Source: Parcubacteria group bacterium
GTDB taxonomy: Bacteria > Patescibacteriota > Minisyncoccia > Moranbacterales > UBA9337
Length of the DNA: 64,000 nt
Direction: 5' to 3'
Assembly: GCA_041662245.1 (NCBI GenBank)
Contig: JBAZSW010000005.1
Location: forward strand, 57,837-121,836
The notes below the pieces were generated by a model. That model did not search any database. It was not told the origin of the DNA and was given only the letters and a program-made list of their open reading frames with translations. Shown here one piece after another: positions 1 to 8,787 of the stretch (position 1 is its first letter; the number at the start of each line of letters is the position of its first letter). The position numbers were made by a program, and so were the translations under genes.

Positions 1-1326
1 GTGATTCCGATTATTTCGGGTTGCGCTGAAAGCAAGTCCCAAAAATACGCAGTTGACCTAGAAATTTGGGGAAGTTTTGATGACACAGGAGATTTCTCAG
101 AGATAATTGGAGAATTTAAAAAAGCTAATCCATTTGTAGATAATATAATTTATAAAAAAGTACCTGTGGATAGTTATGAAAATGAATTAATTAACGCAAT
201 GGCTTCTGGCAATGGTCCTGATATATTTTTGATTAACAATGCTTGGATGCCTCGTTATGAAGATAAAGTAGCGCCAGCTCCTGATTACATTCTCAATGAA
301 AAAGATTATCGATCCAACTTTATCGATATTGCTGCTAATGATTTTATCGGAAAGCAGGGAGAGGTATATGGAACGCCACTTAGTGTTGATTCTCTGGCCT
401 TATACTATAATAAAGATTTATTTAATGCAGCAGGAATAACTAATCCTCCTGCCACTTGGAGTGAGCTATTGGATGATAGCAAAAAAATTACAAAATTGGA
501 CGATGTGAGTGAGATAAAAAAGTCAGGAATAGCGATGGGTACAGTTGAAAACATAAACCGATCGACAGATATCATTGATCTATTATTGTTTCAAAATGGA
601 GCACAGTTGCCAACTAAAAATAGCATTGGCTTTAAGCCTGATTATGAAATAGGAAAAAATGTTTTAGAATTTTATACTCAATTTGCGAAATTTAGTTCCC
701 CCGCTTATACTTGGAATAAAAATATGCATTATTCTATCGATGCATTTTATGAGGGAGATTTGGGTATGATGATAAATTATTCTTGGCATATTGATACTAT
801 AAAAAATAAAAATGCAAAATTGGATTTTGGTATTGCGCCTATTCCACAAATATCCAAAGATAGACCAGTTAATTATGCTAATTATTGGTCTTTTGTGGTT
901 AATAAAAATAAACAAATAAAACAAAAGACAAATGCAACTGCCATAACTAATGATATGCGAGTTCAGGAGGCTTGGCAGTTTTTGAAATTTTTAACTTGTA
1001 AAAATGAGGGCAAATTTACAGCTGTTAATTTTATAACAAAAAATAAGAAAGATTATGTGGTTAAAATAGACCCCGCCAGTTTATACATAGAAAATACTAA
1101 AAAACCAGCAGCTAGAAGAGATTTAATTGAAAAACAAAAAAATAATCCTCTCTTGAGTCCATTTGTTTACGGTAATCTAATAACTAAATCATGGTATAAG
1201 AAAAACTCTAATGCTATTGAAGGTATTTGGGCGGAAGTTGTGGGAGACATAAATAAAGGAGATATTACAGAAGCGCAGGCCTTTCATTTGGTGGACTATA
1301 GGATAAAGCAAGTGAATGTGGAATAA
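1..1326 (+). CDS. ABC transporter extracellular solute-binding lipoprotein (family 1, MalE-like); 5' end runs off window
   Basis: Lipobox-like ISGC near N-term. Length and motif pattern are typical of SBP family 1. The ORF starts at base 1 with GTG, so it is 5'-partial. Confidence 0.65.
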   Translation: MIPIISGCAESKSQKYAVDLEIWGSFDDTGDFSEIIGEFKKANPFVDNIIYKKVPVDSYENELINAMASGNGPDIFLINNAWMPRYEDKVAPAPDYILNEKDYRSNFIDIAANDFIGKQGEVYGTPLSVDSLALYYNKDLFNAAGITNPPATWSELLDDSKKITKLDDVSEIKKSGIAMGTVENINRSTDIIDLLLFQNGAQLPTKNSIGFKPDYEIGKNVLEFYTQFAKFSSPAYTWNKNMHYSIDAFYEGDLGMMINYSWHIDTIKNKNAKLDFGIAPIPQISKDRPVNYANYWSFVVNKNKQIKQKTNATAITNDMRVQEAWQFLKFLTCKNEGKFTAVNFITKNKKDYVVKIDPASLYIENTKKPAARRDLIEKQKNNPLLSPFVYGNLITKSWYKKNSNAIEGIWAEVVGDINKGDITEAQAFHLVDYRIKQVNVE

Positions 1327-1364
1327 TATGAGATTATAATTGATGATTAAATATATTTTAATCA

Positions 1365-2441
1365 ATGAAACCAAAAACAAATAAAAAAATATTCTTTCTT
1401 TTAGCATTGTTTTTTTTAACTTTTGCTTTTCAAATTCAAGCAGCCGATACAAATACCGGATTAGTTCCTTGTGGTCTTGATTCCACTTATGCAAATAGAT
1501 GCACCCTATGTCATTTAATCGTAGGAATTAGAGATATTATTGATTGGGGAAAAACTATTTTAATTGTTGTGGCCTTAGTGGCTATTGTTGCAGGAGCCAT
1601 AATGTACATAGTTAGTGCTGGAAATAATACTTTAATGGAAGCAGCTAAAAATGTTATCAAACAAGCTCTTTGGGGCGTCGTTATAGTTTTAGGAGCATGG
1701 GTAATTGTTAACACTGCCCTATGGTTGATAACTTCCAAGCTAAATGATTCTGGATCTAGCAGTCAGAAATTTTTAGATATTTCCAGTTGGAATGATTTTC
1801 AATGTACGGGGGGAGGAACTACTCCGGGAACAGTTGACCCAGTTAGCAAGCCTCTTAATGCAGATGGTTCCTGCCCAAGTGGTTATCACAAATCGTCTAG
1901 CGGTACGTTGTGTATAGAGGATGATAAAGTCACCAACCCAGACATTGTAGATCCAGATACCACAGATCCAGATACTACTAATCCAGATGTCACCAACCCA
2001 GATGTTATTAATCCTGATACTGCAGCTAACGATGTGAGTAAATTAGATGAAGATGGAACCAGAAGTTATTTGAACGATCATGGGATAACTGTAAATAAAG
2101 GAGCTTGCACTGCAGGGCAAACCAGTGGTTGCACGGATACTGACGGGCTAAGAGAGAATACTATAAACGGTGTTGTTCTTTTTAAGGAAGAATGTGGTGC
2201 TAGTTGCAATGTTGTCGTAACAGGTGGATCAGAAGGAAATGGAATACATAGCGAGAGGGGAACTTATAACCATATTAACGGATATAAAGTAGATATAAGA
2301 ACAGGTGAGGCTGTGGATAACTATATCACTAACAATTATACAAAAATTCCTACTCGAAGTGATGGAGCAACAGGTTATATCGATAGCTCTGGAAATAAAT
2401 ATTATAAAGAAGGAGATCACTGGGACATAACTTATATTTAG
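1365..2441 (+). CDS. T4SS-pilin-like (TrbC/VirB2-like) N-terminal module fused to a [T/N]PD[V/T][T/I] repeat linker and a Cys/His-rich C-terminal domain (possible M15-like peptidoglycan peptidase)
   Basis: Signal peptide, a CGL..C..C motif, then two TM helices flanking the SAG..AK loop shared with the downstream pilin paralogs. Five-residue PD repeats at nt 1930-2020. The C-terminal pattern HINGYKVD....DHWD weakly resembles the M15 Zn-peptidase motif. Confidence 0.55.
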   Translation: MKPKTNKKIFFLLALFFLTFAFQIQAADTNTGLVPCGLDSTYANRCTLCHLIVGIRDIIDWGKTILIVVALVAIVAGAIMYIVSAGNNTLMEAAKNVIKQALWGVVIVLGAWVIVNTALWLITSKLNDSGSSSQKFLDISSWNDFQCTGGGTTPGTVDPVSKPLNADGSCPSGYHKSSSGTLCIEDDKVTNPDIVDPDTTDPDTTNPDVTNPDVINPDTAANDVSKLDEDGTRSYLNDHGITVNKGACTAGQTSGCTDTDGLRENTINGVVLFKEECGASCNVVVTGGSEGNGIHSERGTYNHINGYKVDIRTGEAVDNYITNNYTKIPTRSDGATGYIDSSGNKYYKEGDHWDITYI

Positions 2442-2444
2442 AAA

Positions 2445-3560
2445 ATGAAACCAAAAACAAATAAAAAAATATTCTTTCTTTTAGCATTGTTTTTTTTAAC
2501 TTTTGCTTTTCAAATTCAAGCAGCCGATACAAATACCGGATTAGTTCCTTGTGGTCTTGATTCCACTTATGCAAATAGATGCACCCTATGTCATTTAATC
2601 GTAGGAATTAGAGATATTATTGATTGGGGAAAAACTATTTTAATTGTTGTGGCCTTAGTGGCTATTGTTGCAGGAGCCATAATGTACATAGTTAGTGCTG
2701 GAAATAATACTTTAATGGAAGCAGCTAAAAATGTTATCAAACAAGCTCTTTGGGGCGTCGTTATAGTTTTAGGAGCATGGGTAATTGTTAACACTGCCCT
2801 ATGGTTGATAACTTCCAAGCTAAATGATTCTGGATCTAGCAGTCAGAAATTTTTAGATATTTCCAGTTGGAATGATTTTCAATGTAAGGGGGGAGGAGGT
2901 GGCACTTCCACATCAACATCAACTTCAACTTCTACCTCCACATCTACTTCCACATCAACTTCAACTTCTACCTCCACATCTCCCGGAACGGGTACTATCC
3001 CTGATGCTTGCAAAAAATATGAAAGTGACTTCAGCAGTGCTGCAGGTGGAGATAATAATTTAAAATGTTTAATGATTGGAATAGCTAATAGTGAAAGTAA
3101 TTGCAACCCAAATATAGGCAACAGTTCAGCAGGCGCTTGTGGGATGATGCAAATTGTTCCTACCAGTGGAGTGGATTGTAATGAGTTAAGGAGTAATCCG
3201 CAGTCAAGTATTACAAGGGCTACTAGTATGATAAATAGTAATAAAAGTACGCTTGGTAGCAGGTATAGTTCAACTTTTGATATAGGAAATAGTAGTGGAC
3301 TAAGTGGTAAAAGTGTAACTTACGGAAATCATACTTATGATACAGGCAATGATGATCTAATTGCTTCTTATAATGGAGGAACAGGATCAGGAATTAATAG
3401 TAATGGAACTAAGCAACCCTTTGCTAAATCAACGGATTGTCCCACGACCAATCCAGCCACTCCCGCTTGGCAATGCAATATTAATCCGGTGGGTTTTAAT
3501 AAGACTCAGGATTATGTAAAATCAGTGCAAGACACTCAGAAAAAATGTTTGGGCAATTAG
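2445..3560 (+). CDS. T4SS-pilin-like N-terminal module fused to a (Thr-Ser)n linker and a lytic transglycosylase (SLT/VirB1-like) domain
   Basis: N-terminal 147 aa are identical to the upstream gene (nt 2443-2886 = 1363-1806). C-terminal IANSESNC...GACGMMQIVPTSG...SYNGG matches the SLT family-1 catalytic motifs (ES, GLMQ, YN). Confidence 0.7.
   Translation: MKPKTNKKIFFLLALFFLTFAFQIQAADTNTGLVPCGLDSTYANRCTLCHLIVGIRDIIDWGKTILIVVALVAIVAGAIMYIVSAGNNTLMEAAKNVIKQALWGVVIVLGAWVIVNTALWLITSKLNDSGSSSQKFLDISSWNDFQCKGGGGGTSTSTSTSTSTSTSTSTSTSTSTSTSPGTGTIPDACKKYESDFSSAAGGDNNLKCLMIGIANSESNCNPNIGNSSAGACGMMQIVPTSGVDCNELRSNPQSSITRATSMINSNKSTLGSRYSSTFDIGNSSGLSGKSVTYGNHTYDTGNDDLIASYNGGTGSGINSNGTKQPFAKSTDCPTTNPATPAWQCNINPVGFNKTQDYVKSVQDTQKKCLGN
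2896..2988 (+). repeat. In-frame tandem (TS)n coding repeat (two ~40-bp units) forming a flexible linker
   Basis: acttccacatcaac...ttctacctccacatct occurs twice and translates to (TS)~23. Confidence 0.8.
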
Positions 3561-3594
3561 TAAAAAATAAGTTTGTGTGTTAAAATAAATTTAT

Positions 3595-3867
3595 ATGAAA
3601 ATAATAGAAATCGCTAAGGCAGGAGCAATTGAAGATGCCCCAACATTTTCTCAAATAGGGGGAAGTATAGTTAGTTTTATGTTGCAGGTTTTGGGAATTT
3701 TTGCTATAATAGGTTTGACGGTTACTGCTATCTTATATTTTACAGCAGGAGGGAATGAAGAAAGAATTAAGCTAGCTAAAAAATCATTTTTTTATTCTGT
3801 AGTGGGGATACTTATAGCCTTAGGTACGATGTTATTTTTATCACAGATCAAAAATTTTTTACAATAA
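3595..3867 (+). CDS. TrbC/VirB2-like T4SS pilin-like small membrane protein (paralog 1)
   Basis: Two TM helices flank a conserved YFTAGGNEERIKLAKKS loop. It is a paralog of the downstream array. Confidence 0.55.
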   Translation: MKIIEIAKAGAIEDAPTFSQIGGSIVSFMLQVLGIFAIIGLTVTAILYFTAGGNEERIKLAKKSFFYSVVGILIALGTMLFLSQIKNFLQ

Positions 3868-3915
3868 ATATATAAAAAAATAAAATAGAAATTTTCTTTG
3901 AAAGGAGGTGAGCTT

Positions 3916-4269
3916 ATGAAAACAAAAATAAAAAAAATAGTTTATTCAATTTCCTCTCTCGGTTTAGTAGCCCCTGTTATGATTCTTGCTTACACACCGC
4001 CATCTGATACAACTCTTCCAGAGGGAAGCATTACTGCTATCGTCAAACAATTTATGACTTGGATTTTAGGAATGGTGGGATTCTTAGGAGTAATTGGCTT
4101 TGCTATTGCTGGAATTCTTTATCTTACTTCTGCTGGTGATGAAGATAGAATTGGAACAGCTAAAAAGGCAATGACTTGGTCAATTGTCGGTGTAATCGTA
4201 GCTCTTTTGGGAGTAGTGATTATTAAAGCGGCTGATTCTATGCTTAAGGGAACATCTTCTGAGTTCTAA
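3916..4269 (+). CDS. TrbC/VirB2-like T4SS pilin-like protein (paralog 2)
   Basis: RBS aaaggaggtg precedes the ATG at 3916 (the ORF track starts at 3898). Signal peptide, LYLTSAGDEDRIGTAKKAMTWSI motif, and a C-terminal ML.GTSS tail. Confidence 0.65.
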   Translation: MKTKIKKIVYSISSLGLVAPVMILAYTPPSDTTLPEGSITAIVKQFMTWILGMVGFLGVIGFAIAGILYLTSAGDEDRIGTAKKAMTWSIVGVIVALLGVVIIKAADSMLKGTSSEF

Positions 4270-4343
4270 TTTTACATAAAATTAAAAATGGGGTTATTTT
4301 GATTATTTTATTTTTTTAAAATAACCCCGCTAAAAAAAATAAA

Positions 4344-4700
4344 ATGAAAAAAATAATTTATGGTTTGATGTCAGCGGCCTTGGTACTTCCTAGTTTTGCT
4401 TTGGGTCAATGGAGTGAGGGATATAATATGGCTTCTAGCTCAGGTGTGCCAGATGGAGGAATATTGGACATAGTAACTAATATAATGGATTGGCTTCTGA
4501 TACTTTTGGGAATATTTGGAATAATTGGTTTTGTTATTTCTGGTATTCTTTATTTGACAGCAGCAGGAGATGATGATCGAATGGCATCAGCTAAAAAAGC
4601 GATGTATTGGTCTATTTTGGGGGTAATCGTAGGAATAGTAGGGTTTGTAGTTATCAAAGCAGCCGATGCTATGCTTAGTGGAACTAGTTCTACTTTTTAA
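4344..4700 (+). CDS. TrbC/VirB2-like T4SS pilin-like protein (paralog 3)
   Basis: Signal peptide; NIMDWLLILLG...LYLTAAGDDDRMASAKKAMYWSI...AADAMLSGTSSTF. Confidence 0.65.
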   Translation: MKKIIYGLMSAALVLPSFALGQWSEGYNMASSSGVPDGGILDIVTNIMDWLLILLGIFGIIGFVISGILYLTAAGDDDRMASAKKAMYWSILGVIVGIVGFVVIKAADAMLSGTSSTF

Positions 4701-4722
4701 TATTTTATAAAAAAAGTAAAAT

Positions 4723-5067
4723 ATGAAAAAAACATTATCAAAATTTTTGGTATTGGGGCTATTTTTCCCTCTCATAACTTTGGCACAATGGACTAAGCCT
4801 ACCACGACTGGTTTACCGTCAAATACGATAAGTGCAATAGTAACCAATATAATGAATTGGCTTTTGATACTGTTAGGAGCTTTTGGAATAATTGGTTTCG
4901 TTGTTTCTGGAATTCTTTATTTGACAGCGGCAGGAAGAGATGACCAAATGGAATCAGCTAAAAAGGCAATGACTTGGTCTATTATTGGTGTGATTGTGGG
5001 TTTAATTGGACTGGTCATTATTACAGCAGCCGAAGCGATGCTGGGTGCAACTAGCGCTAGGTTTTAA
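4723..5067 (+). CDS. TrbC/VirB2-like T4SS pilin-like protein (paralog 4)
   Basis: Same architecture and motif (LYLTAAGRDDQMESAKKAMTWSI). Confidence 0.65.
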   Translation: MKKTLSKFLVLGLFFPLITLAQWTKPTTTGLPSNTISAIVTNIMNWLLILLGAFGIIGFVVSGILYLTAAGRDDQMESAKKAMTWSIIGVIVGLIGLVIITAAEAMLGATSARF

Positions 5068-5108
5068 AGATTTCTACGAAATTTGTTTATTTTTTTACAC
5101 TTTAAATT

Positions 5109-5462
5109 ATGATGATTAAAAAGACATCATTAAAAATATTTAGTTTTTTTGTTTTAACGCTGCCAATGTTAGTGTCGGCTCAATACACAGCGCCAAAAGA
5201 CACGAAACTTCCCACAGGAGAATTAGCCACTATTATAACTAATATAATGAATTGGCTACTGGTAATTTTGGGAGTAATTGGAGTAATTGGTTTTGTTATT
5301 GCAGGAATTTTTTATTTAACAGCGGCGGGAAATGATGATCAAATAAGTACAGCTAAAAAGGCGATGACTTGGTCGGTTGTGGGGGTAATTGTGGGGTTAG
5401 TAGGTTTGGTAATTATTACAGCTGTTGAAACAATGTTGGGCGGGACTGATCCTAAATTTTAA
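5109..5462 (+). CDS. TrbC/VirB2-like T4SS pilin-like protein (paralog 5)
   Basis: Same architecture and motif (FYLTAAGNDDQISTAKKAMTWSV). Confidence 0.65.
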   Translation: MMIKKTSLKIFSFFVLTLPMLVSAQYTAPKDTKLPTGELATIITNIMNWLLVILGVIGVIGFVIAGIFYLTAAGNDDQISTAKKAMTWSVVGVIVGLVGLVIITAVETMLGGTDPKF

Positions 5463-5475
5463 TTTTAATTAATAT

Positions 5476-5874
5476 ATGAAAAATAAATTTGCTATATTTT
5501 TTTTATTGCTAGGATTGGTTTTTTTTGCTGGAAAAGTTTTAGCTGTGACTTGTCCCAGCTCAGGGAGTTGGGATAGTTCGTCGGGAGTCTGCATTCCTAA
5601 TAATACTGGATTACCTTCTCCAGGAGGAGATAGCCCTTTGGCAACTGTAATTAATAATGTAATGAAGTGGCTGCTTCTTATAGTAGGATCTATAGCTATC
5701 ATTGCTTTTGTGATTTCGGGTATTCAATATTTAACTTCTGCGGGAGATCAAAATGCAATTGAAAACGCCAAACGAAATATGTGGTGGTCGATTGTGGGAG
5801 TAGTAGTTGCTCTAATAGGGATGATAATTCTTAATTTTGTTTTTACGACTATTTTGGGTGGGTCTTCTTCGTAA
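5476..5874 (+). CDS. TrbC/VirB2-like T4SS pilin-like protein (paralog 6, with an extra Cys-containing N-terminal segment)
   Basis: Signal peptide; CPSSGSWDSSSGVC; QYLTSAGDQNAIENAKRNMWWSI. Confidence 0.6.
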   Translation: MKNKFAIFFLLLGLVFFAGKVLAVTCPSSGSWDSSSGVCIPNNTGLPSPGGDSPLATVINNVMKWLLLIVGSIAIIAFVISGIQYLTSAGDQNAIENAKRNMWWSIVGVVVALIGMIILNFVFTTILGGSSS

Positions 5875-5928
5875 AGTTAATTAATCTGAATTTAAGTTTA
5901 TTTTAAATAATATAAATAAAATATTAAA

Positions 5929-6564
5929 ATGAAAATTTTAAATTTTAAAAAAATAATAGCCAGTTTTCTGATGAGTATTTTTATATTTTGTGGTTCCTTT
6001 AATTTAGCTTTAGCGGCTTGTGCTACAGGAACTACGGCTAGTGGAAATATTTGTTTTGAAAACCCTTTGTCTTATAATACCGTAGATGGAATTTTAAGCG
6101 CGCTTCTTATTCATTTACAGGGGATAATCGTGGTAATTTCGATGGTTTTTATTGTGATCGGAGCTATCCTTTATATGACTTCAGCTGGAGATGAAGGAAA
6201 AATGAAAATAGCTAAAGGAGCAATTTTTGCGGCGGTGATCGGACTGGCGATTGGAATCGCGGCGCCATCATTTTTAAAAGAAATTTATACTGCCTTAGGA
6301 AAAAGTACTAGTGATAGTCTTATTTCTTCTGCTCCAGATCTGGCTACAATTGCACTTAATGTCCTTAACTTTTTGCTTAGCGTTACAGGAGTGATTGGAA
6401 TTATAATGTTGGTAGCAGCAGGAATAGCCTATATGACCGCAGCTGGAAATGAAGGTCAAATTGAAACAGCTAAAAAAATGACTACTTGGGCAATTATTGG
6501 AATTGCAGTAGCTTTGGGAGCTTTGGTAATAGTTCAACAAGTGGCTAAATTTTTCTCTACATAG
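5929..6564 (+). CDS. Tandem two-domain TrbC/VirB2-like pilin-like protein (paralog 7, internal duplication)
   Basis: Two successive TM-loop-TM modules: LYMTSAGDEGKMKIAKGAIFAAV and AYMTAAGNEGQIETAKKMTTWAI. Confidence 0.6.
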   Translation: MKILNFKKIIASFLMSIFIFCGSFNLALAACATGTTASGNICFENPLSYNTVDGILSALLIHLQGIIVVISMVFIVIGAILYMTSAGDEGKMKIAKGAIFAAVIGLAIGIAAPSFLKEIYTALGKSTSDSLISSAPDLATIALNVLNFLLSVTGVIGIIMLVAAGIAYMTAAGNEGQIETAKKMTTWAIIGIAVALGALVIVQQVAKFFST

Positions 6565-6630
6565 AAATAGGATATTATTTAAAATCGCAAACACATTATA
6601 GGGTGTTTGTTTTTTTGTAAAATAAAAAAA

Positions 6631-6662
6631 GGCGGGGGCTCACAGACGTGAGCTCCCGCTTA
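6631..6662. terminator. Bidirectional rho-independent terminator between the pilin array (+) and the convergent gene (-)
   Basis: ggcgggggctcac agacg gtgagctcccgc GC-rich hairpin flanked by A/T runs. Confidence 0.6.
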
Positions 6663-6663
6663 A

Positions 6664-7809
6664 TTATTCCCGCACCTCCTTTTCGATAGTGATGGTCAAA
6701 GGATTGACCGTTGAATTTTTGAAGGCTGGCCTTCTTATCACTGAAGAATTAAATTCATCAGGTCTCATAAGGATGTTAATCCTCATTGAGAGATCCGAAT
6801 CTTTATTCATTGAAATGACGAATCCTTCTTCAGTTTTTGGAGTAATATTCTCTCCGTTATTGAGAAGGATTATGGCCCCAAAATTCATCTTCTTTTCTTG
6901 CCTGAATTCTGGTTTGCCCCCAAGGGCATTATCCCCCTGCCATGGAAATTCCGTCCATGAGTGATTACTCATGAAAAGTTGCCAGTTACCGGAAATTTTA
7001 ATCCGGTAATTTCCTTCCTCGAGTCTTTTAAGACTCAAAGGAATTTTAGCAATGCATTGGTTGTGAGCAATATCAAATTGCTCAACTTGAGAAAAGTCAA
7101 CAACCTTTTTTTCGATGACTTTCTCCCAACCGAATGTTTTTCCGTTAGGTCCCCATTCTATCATTCGAATAGGGACAAGAGCCTTGGGACTTTTCACAAA
7201 ATGACCGTGTTCATTAGATATTAACACGTAAGCCATTCCTTCGCTCCCATCATTTTGCTTTTTGCTTTCAATTCCAAGGGACATAACTTTCTGACCCTTT
7301 TTAAGAAACAGGTCTGATATTATGTTCCCATTCTCATCGTACGCCGGAGAGCTTTCTTTCATTTCTCCAAAAGTTCCGGTGTTAGACTCCGATTTCATCA
7401 TTTCTTTTTTCATTGAAATGGTGGAATCTTCGGTCCTTTTTACGAACAATTCTTTGCTACTTTTTTTGAATCCGGCGTAAGCAGGATTGTTTCTAGTGAC
7501 AAGATTGTCAATTGCAGGAAAAACTATTCCTAAAAAAACAACCTCGAAAACAAACCATACTGCCCAGATGGCGAGCAGGAAATTTCTTGCAGGCCTTATA
7601 ATGGGTATCCATATTCCCAAGGTAATCAATATAAATAGCACAAAGAAAATTTCTTTGTAAACTACTACAAATGAAAACCCAAAGATTATGCAGAAAAGAA
7701 ATAATCCCCCTAATAGTACAGGGATGATTATCCTTGTGGTAGGACCAGAAATAAAACTCCAGACGTAACCAATCAAAGCGCCGATAAAAGAAAAAATAGT
7801 TCTAAACAT
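6664..7809 (-). CDS. Hypothetical integral membrane protein (4 N-terminal TM helices plus a ~250-aa soluble domain)
   Basis: Long ORF with a hydrophobic N-terminus and no recognisable motif. Confidence 0.5.
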   Translation of the reverse strand: MFRTIFSFIGALIGYVWSFISGPTTRIIIPVLLGGLFLFCIIFGFSFVVVYKEIFFVLFILITLGIWIPIIRPARNFLLAIWAVWFVFEVVFLGIVFPAIDNLVTRNNPAYAGFKKSSKELFVKRTEDSTISMKKEMMKSESNTGTFGEMKESSPAYDENGNIISDLFLKKGQKVMSLGIESKKQNDGSEGMAYVLISNEHGHFVKSPKALVPIRMIEWGPNGKTFGWEKVIEKKVVDFSQVEQFDIAHNQCIAKIPLSLKRLEEGNYRIKISGNWQLFMSNHSWTEFPWQGDNALGGKPEFRQEKKMNFGAIILLNNGENITPKTEEGFVISMNKDSDLSMRINILMRPDEFNSSVIRRPAFKNSTVNPLTITIEKEVRE

Positions 7810-7830
7810 AGTAAAGAGCCTCCTTGGGCA

Positions 7831-8622
7831 TTATTGTTTTTTGTTGTCTTTGAGCCACTGAGTGGCATCTTTAACCAAATCACTTAAGTCTTGAGACTCA
7901 AGCTTGGCCTTGGTACCTAATTTTCCTGCTACTTTCGCGGCGGTAGATTTTTTTTCTACTGTGATAGTGGAGAAAAAATTCTTTCTCTTTAGCCACTGTA
8001 GAATAGAACCATGGTCGCTGTGGGACATCATTCGTTTAATGAATCCCTGAGCGAGAGTGTAATTGTAAACAATCTCAACTTCCACAGGTTTTCCATTCTT
8101 TCCGCCACCAGTTTTTATTTCCTTGCTGGTGATTTTTTTGACTATTACTTCACGAATTTTTTCGGATCGTTTTTTTCCATCGGGCTGTTGCTCTTCGAGC
8201 CAACCCATAAAACTTTCGAAGGAATCTATTATTGTCTGATCCATTCCTTCAAGGGCATTATCACAAAGCACTTCGTCTCCAAGAGATTTCTCGCCGATTT
8301 CAAACATCTTTTCCACCTGTGAGGTTAATTTCTCCCCGATTTTTCTACTTCCGCTTTCAATGGCGCTGGTAAAAATGTGTCCAAAGGGGGAACTTAAAAA
8401 ACTCCATATCTTTGAAAAAAATCCGATTGTTGCAGCTGCCATGGTAGTTCTCCTCATTAAGTTGTCAAAGAGCCTCTGGGAGGCTCCAGTTAATGTTGCC
8501 TCTGAGTCATCAGATATGCCGGTTCTTTTATGTGTTTTGGCATAAAAATGCCTAATATAGACACAAAAAGGGCAATATATTTGATGACCCTTAATACTAG
8601 CACGTTTTTGTGTTTTTGTCAA
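7831..8622 (-). CDS. Hypothetical protein (the true start is probably an internal Met, ~200 aa)
   Basis: Long ORF transcribed divergently from the PaaX-like gene. Confidence 0.4.
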   Translation of the reverse strand: MTKTQKRASIKGHQIYCPFCVYIRHFYAKTHKRTGISDDSEATLTGASQRLFDNLMRRTTMAAATIGFFSKIWSFLSSPFGHIFTSAIESGSRKIGEKLTSQVEKMFEIGEKSLGDEVLCDNALEGMDQTIIDSFESFMGWLEEQQPDGKKRSEKIREVIVKKITSKEIKTGGGKNGKPVEVEIVYNYTLAQGFIKRMMSHSDHGSILQWLKRKNFFSTITVEKKSTAAKVAGKLGTKAKLESQDLSDLVKDATQWLKDNKKQ

Positions 8623-8651
8623 CTATTTTTCGTTCCCTTTTTCTAATAATC

Positions 8652-8695
8652 TGTGTCAATTTTGTCCACGTGCGACTGGATGGACACTAATTTTT
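8652..8695. promoter_or_regulatory. 36-bp palindrome-containing repeat (copy 1): tgtgtcaattttgtccacgtgcgactggatggacac + aattttt
   Basis: Identical copy at 9417-9459. Contains inverted half-sites TGTCCA...TGGACA and a central CACGTG. Confidence 0.6.
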
Positions 8696-8787
8696 ATGCT
8701 ATATTAAAATTGAGAATATGAATCAATCTTGAAAATAGTTTAAAAAAAAGATAGAAAATTATTTTTTTATAAATAAAAATCAACAAT

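Noticed and set aside
664-2574. Minus-strand ORFs overlapping the SBP and pilin-fusion genes (664-924, 1189-1494, 1511-1738, 2229-2420, 2350-2574, 2591-2818, 2879-3121)
   Set aside because: They are antisense to long, motif-supported plus-strand genes. They are low-complexity, AT-codon-driven shadow ORFs. The duplicates 1511-1738 and 2591-2818 merely mirror the 444-bp duplicated module.
3001-3121. Minus-strand ORF 2879-3121 encoding (VE)n/(VD)n repeats
   Set aside because: It is the antisense reading of the (TS)n linker repeat in the SLT-fusion gene.
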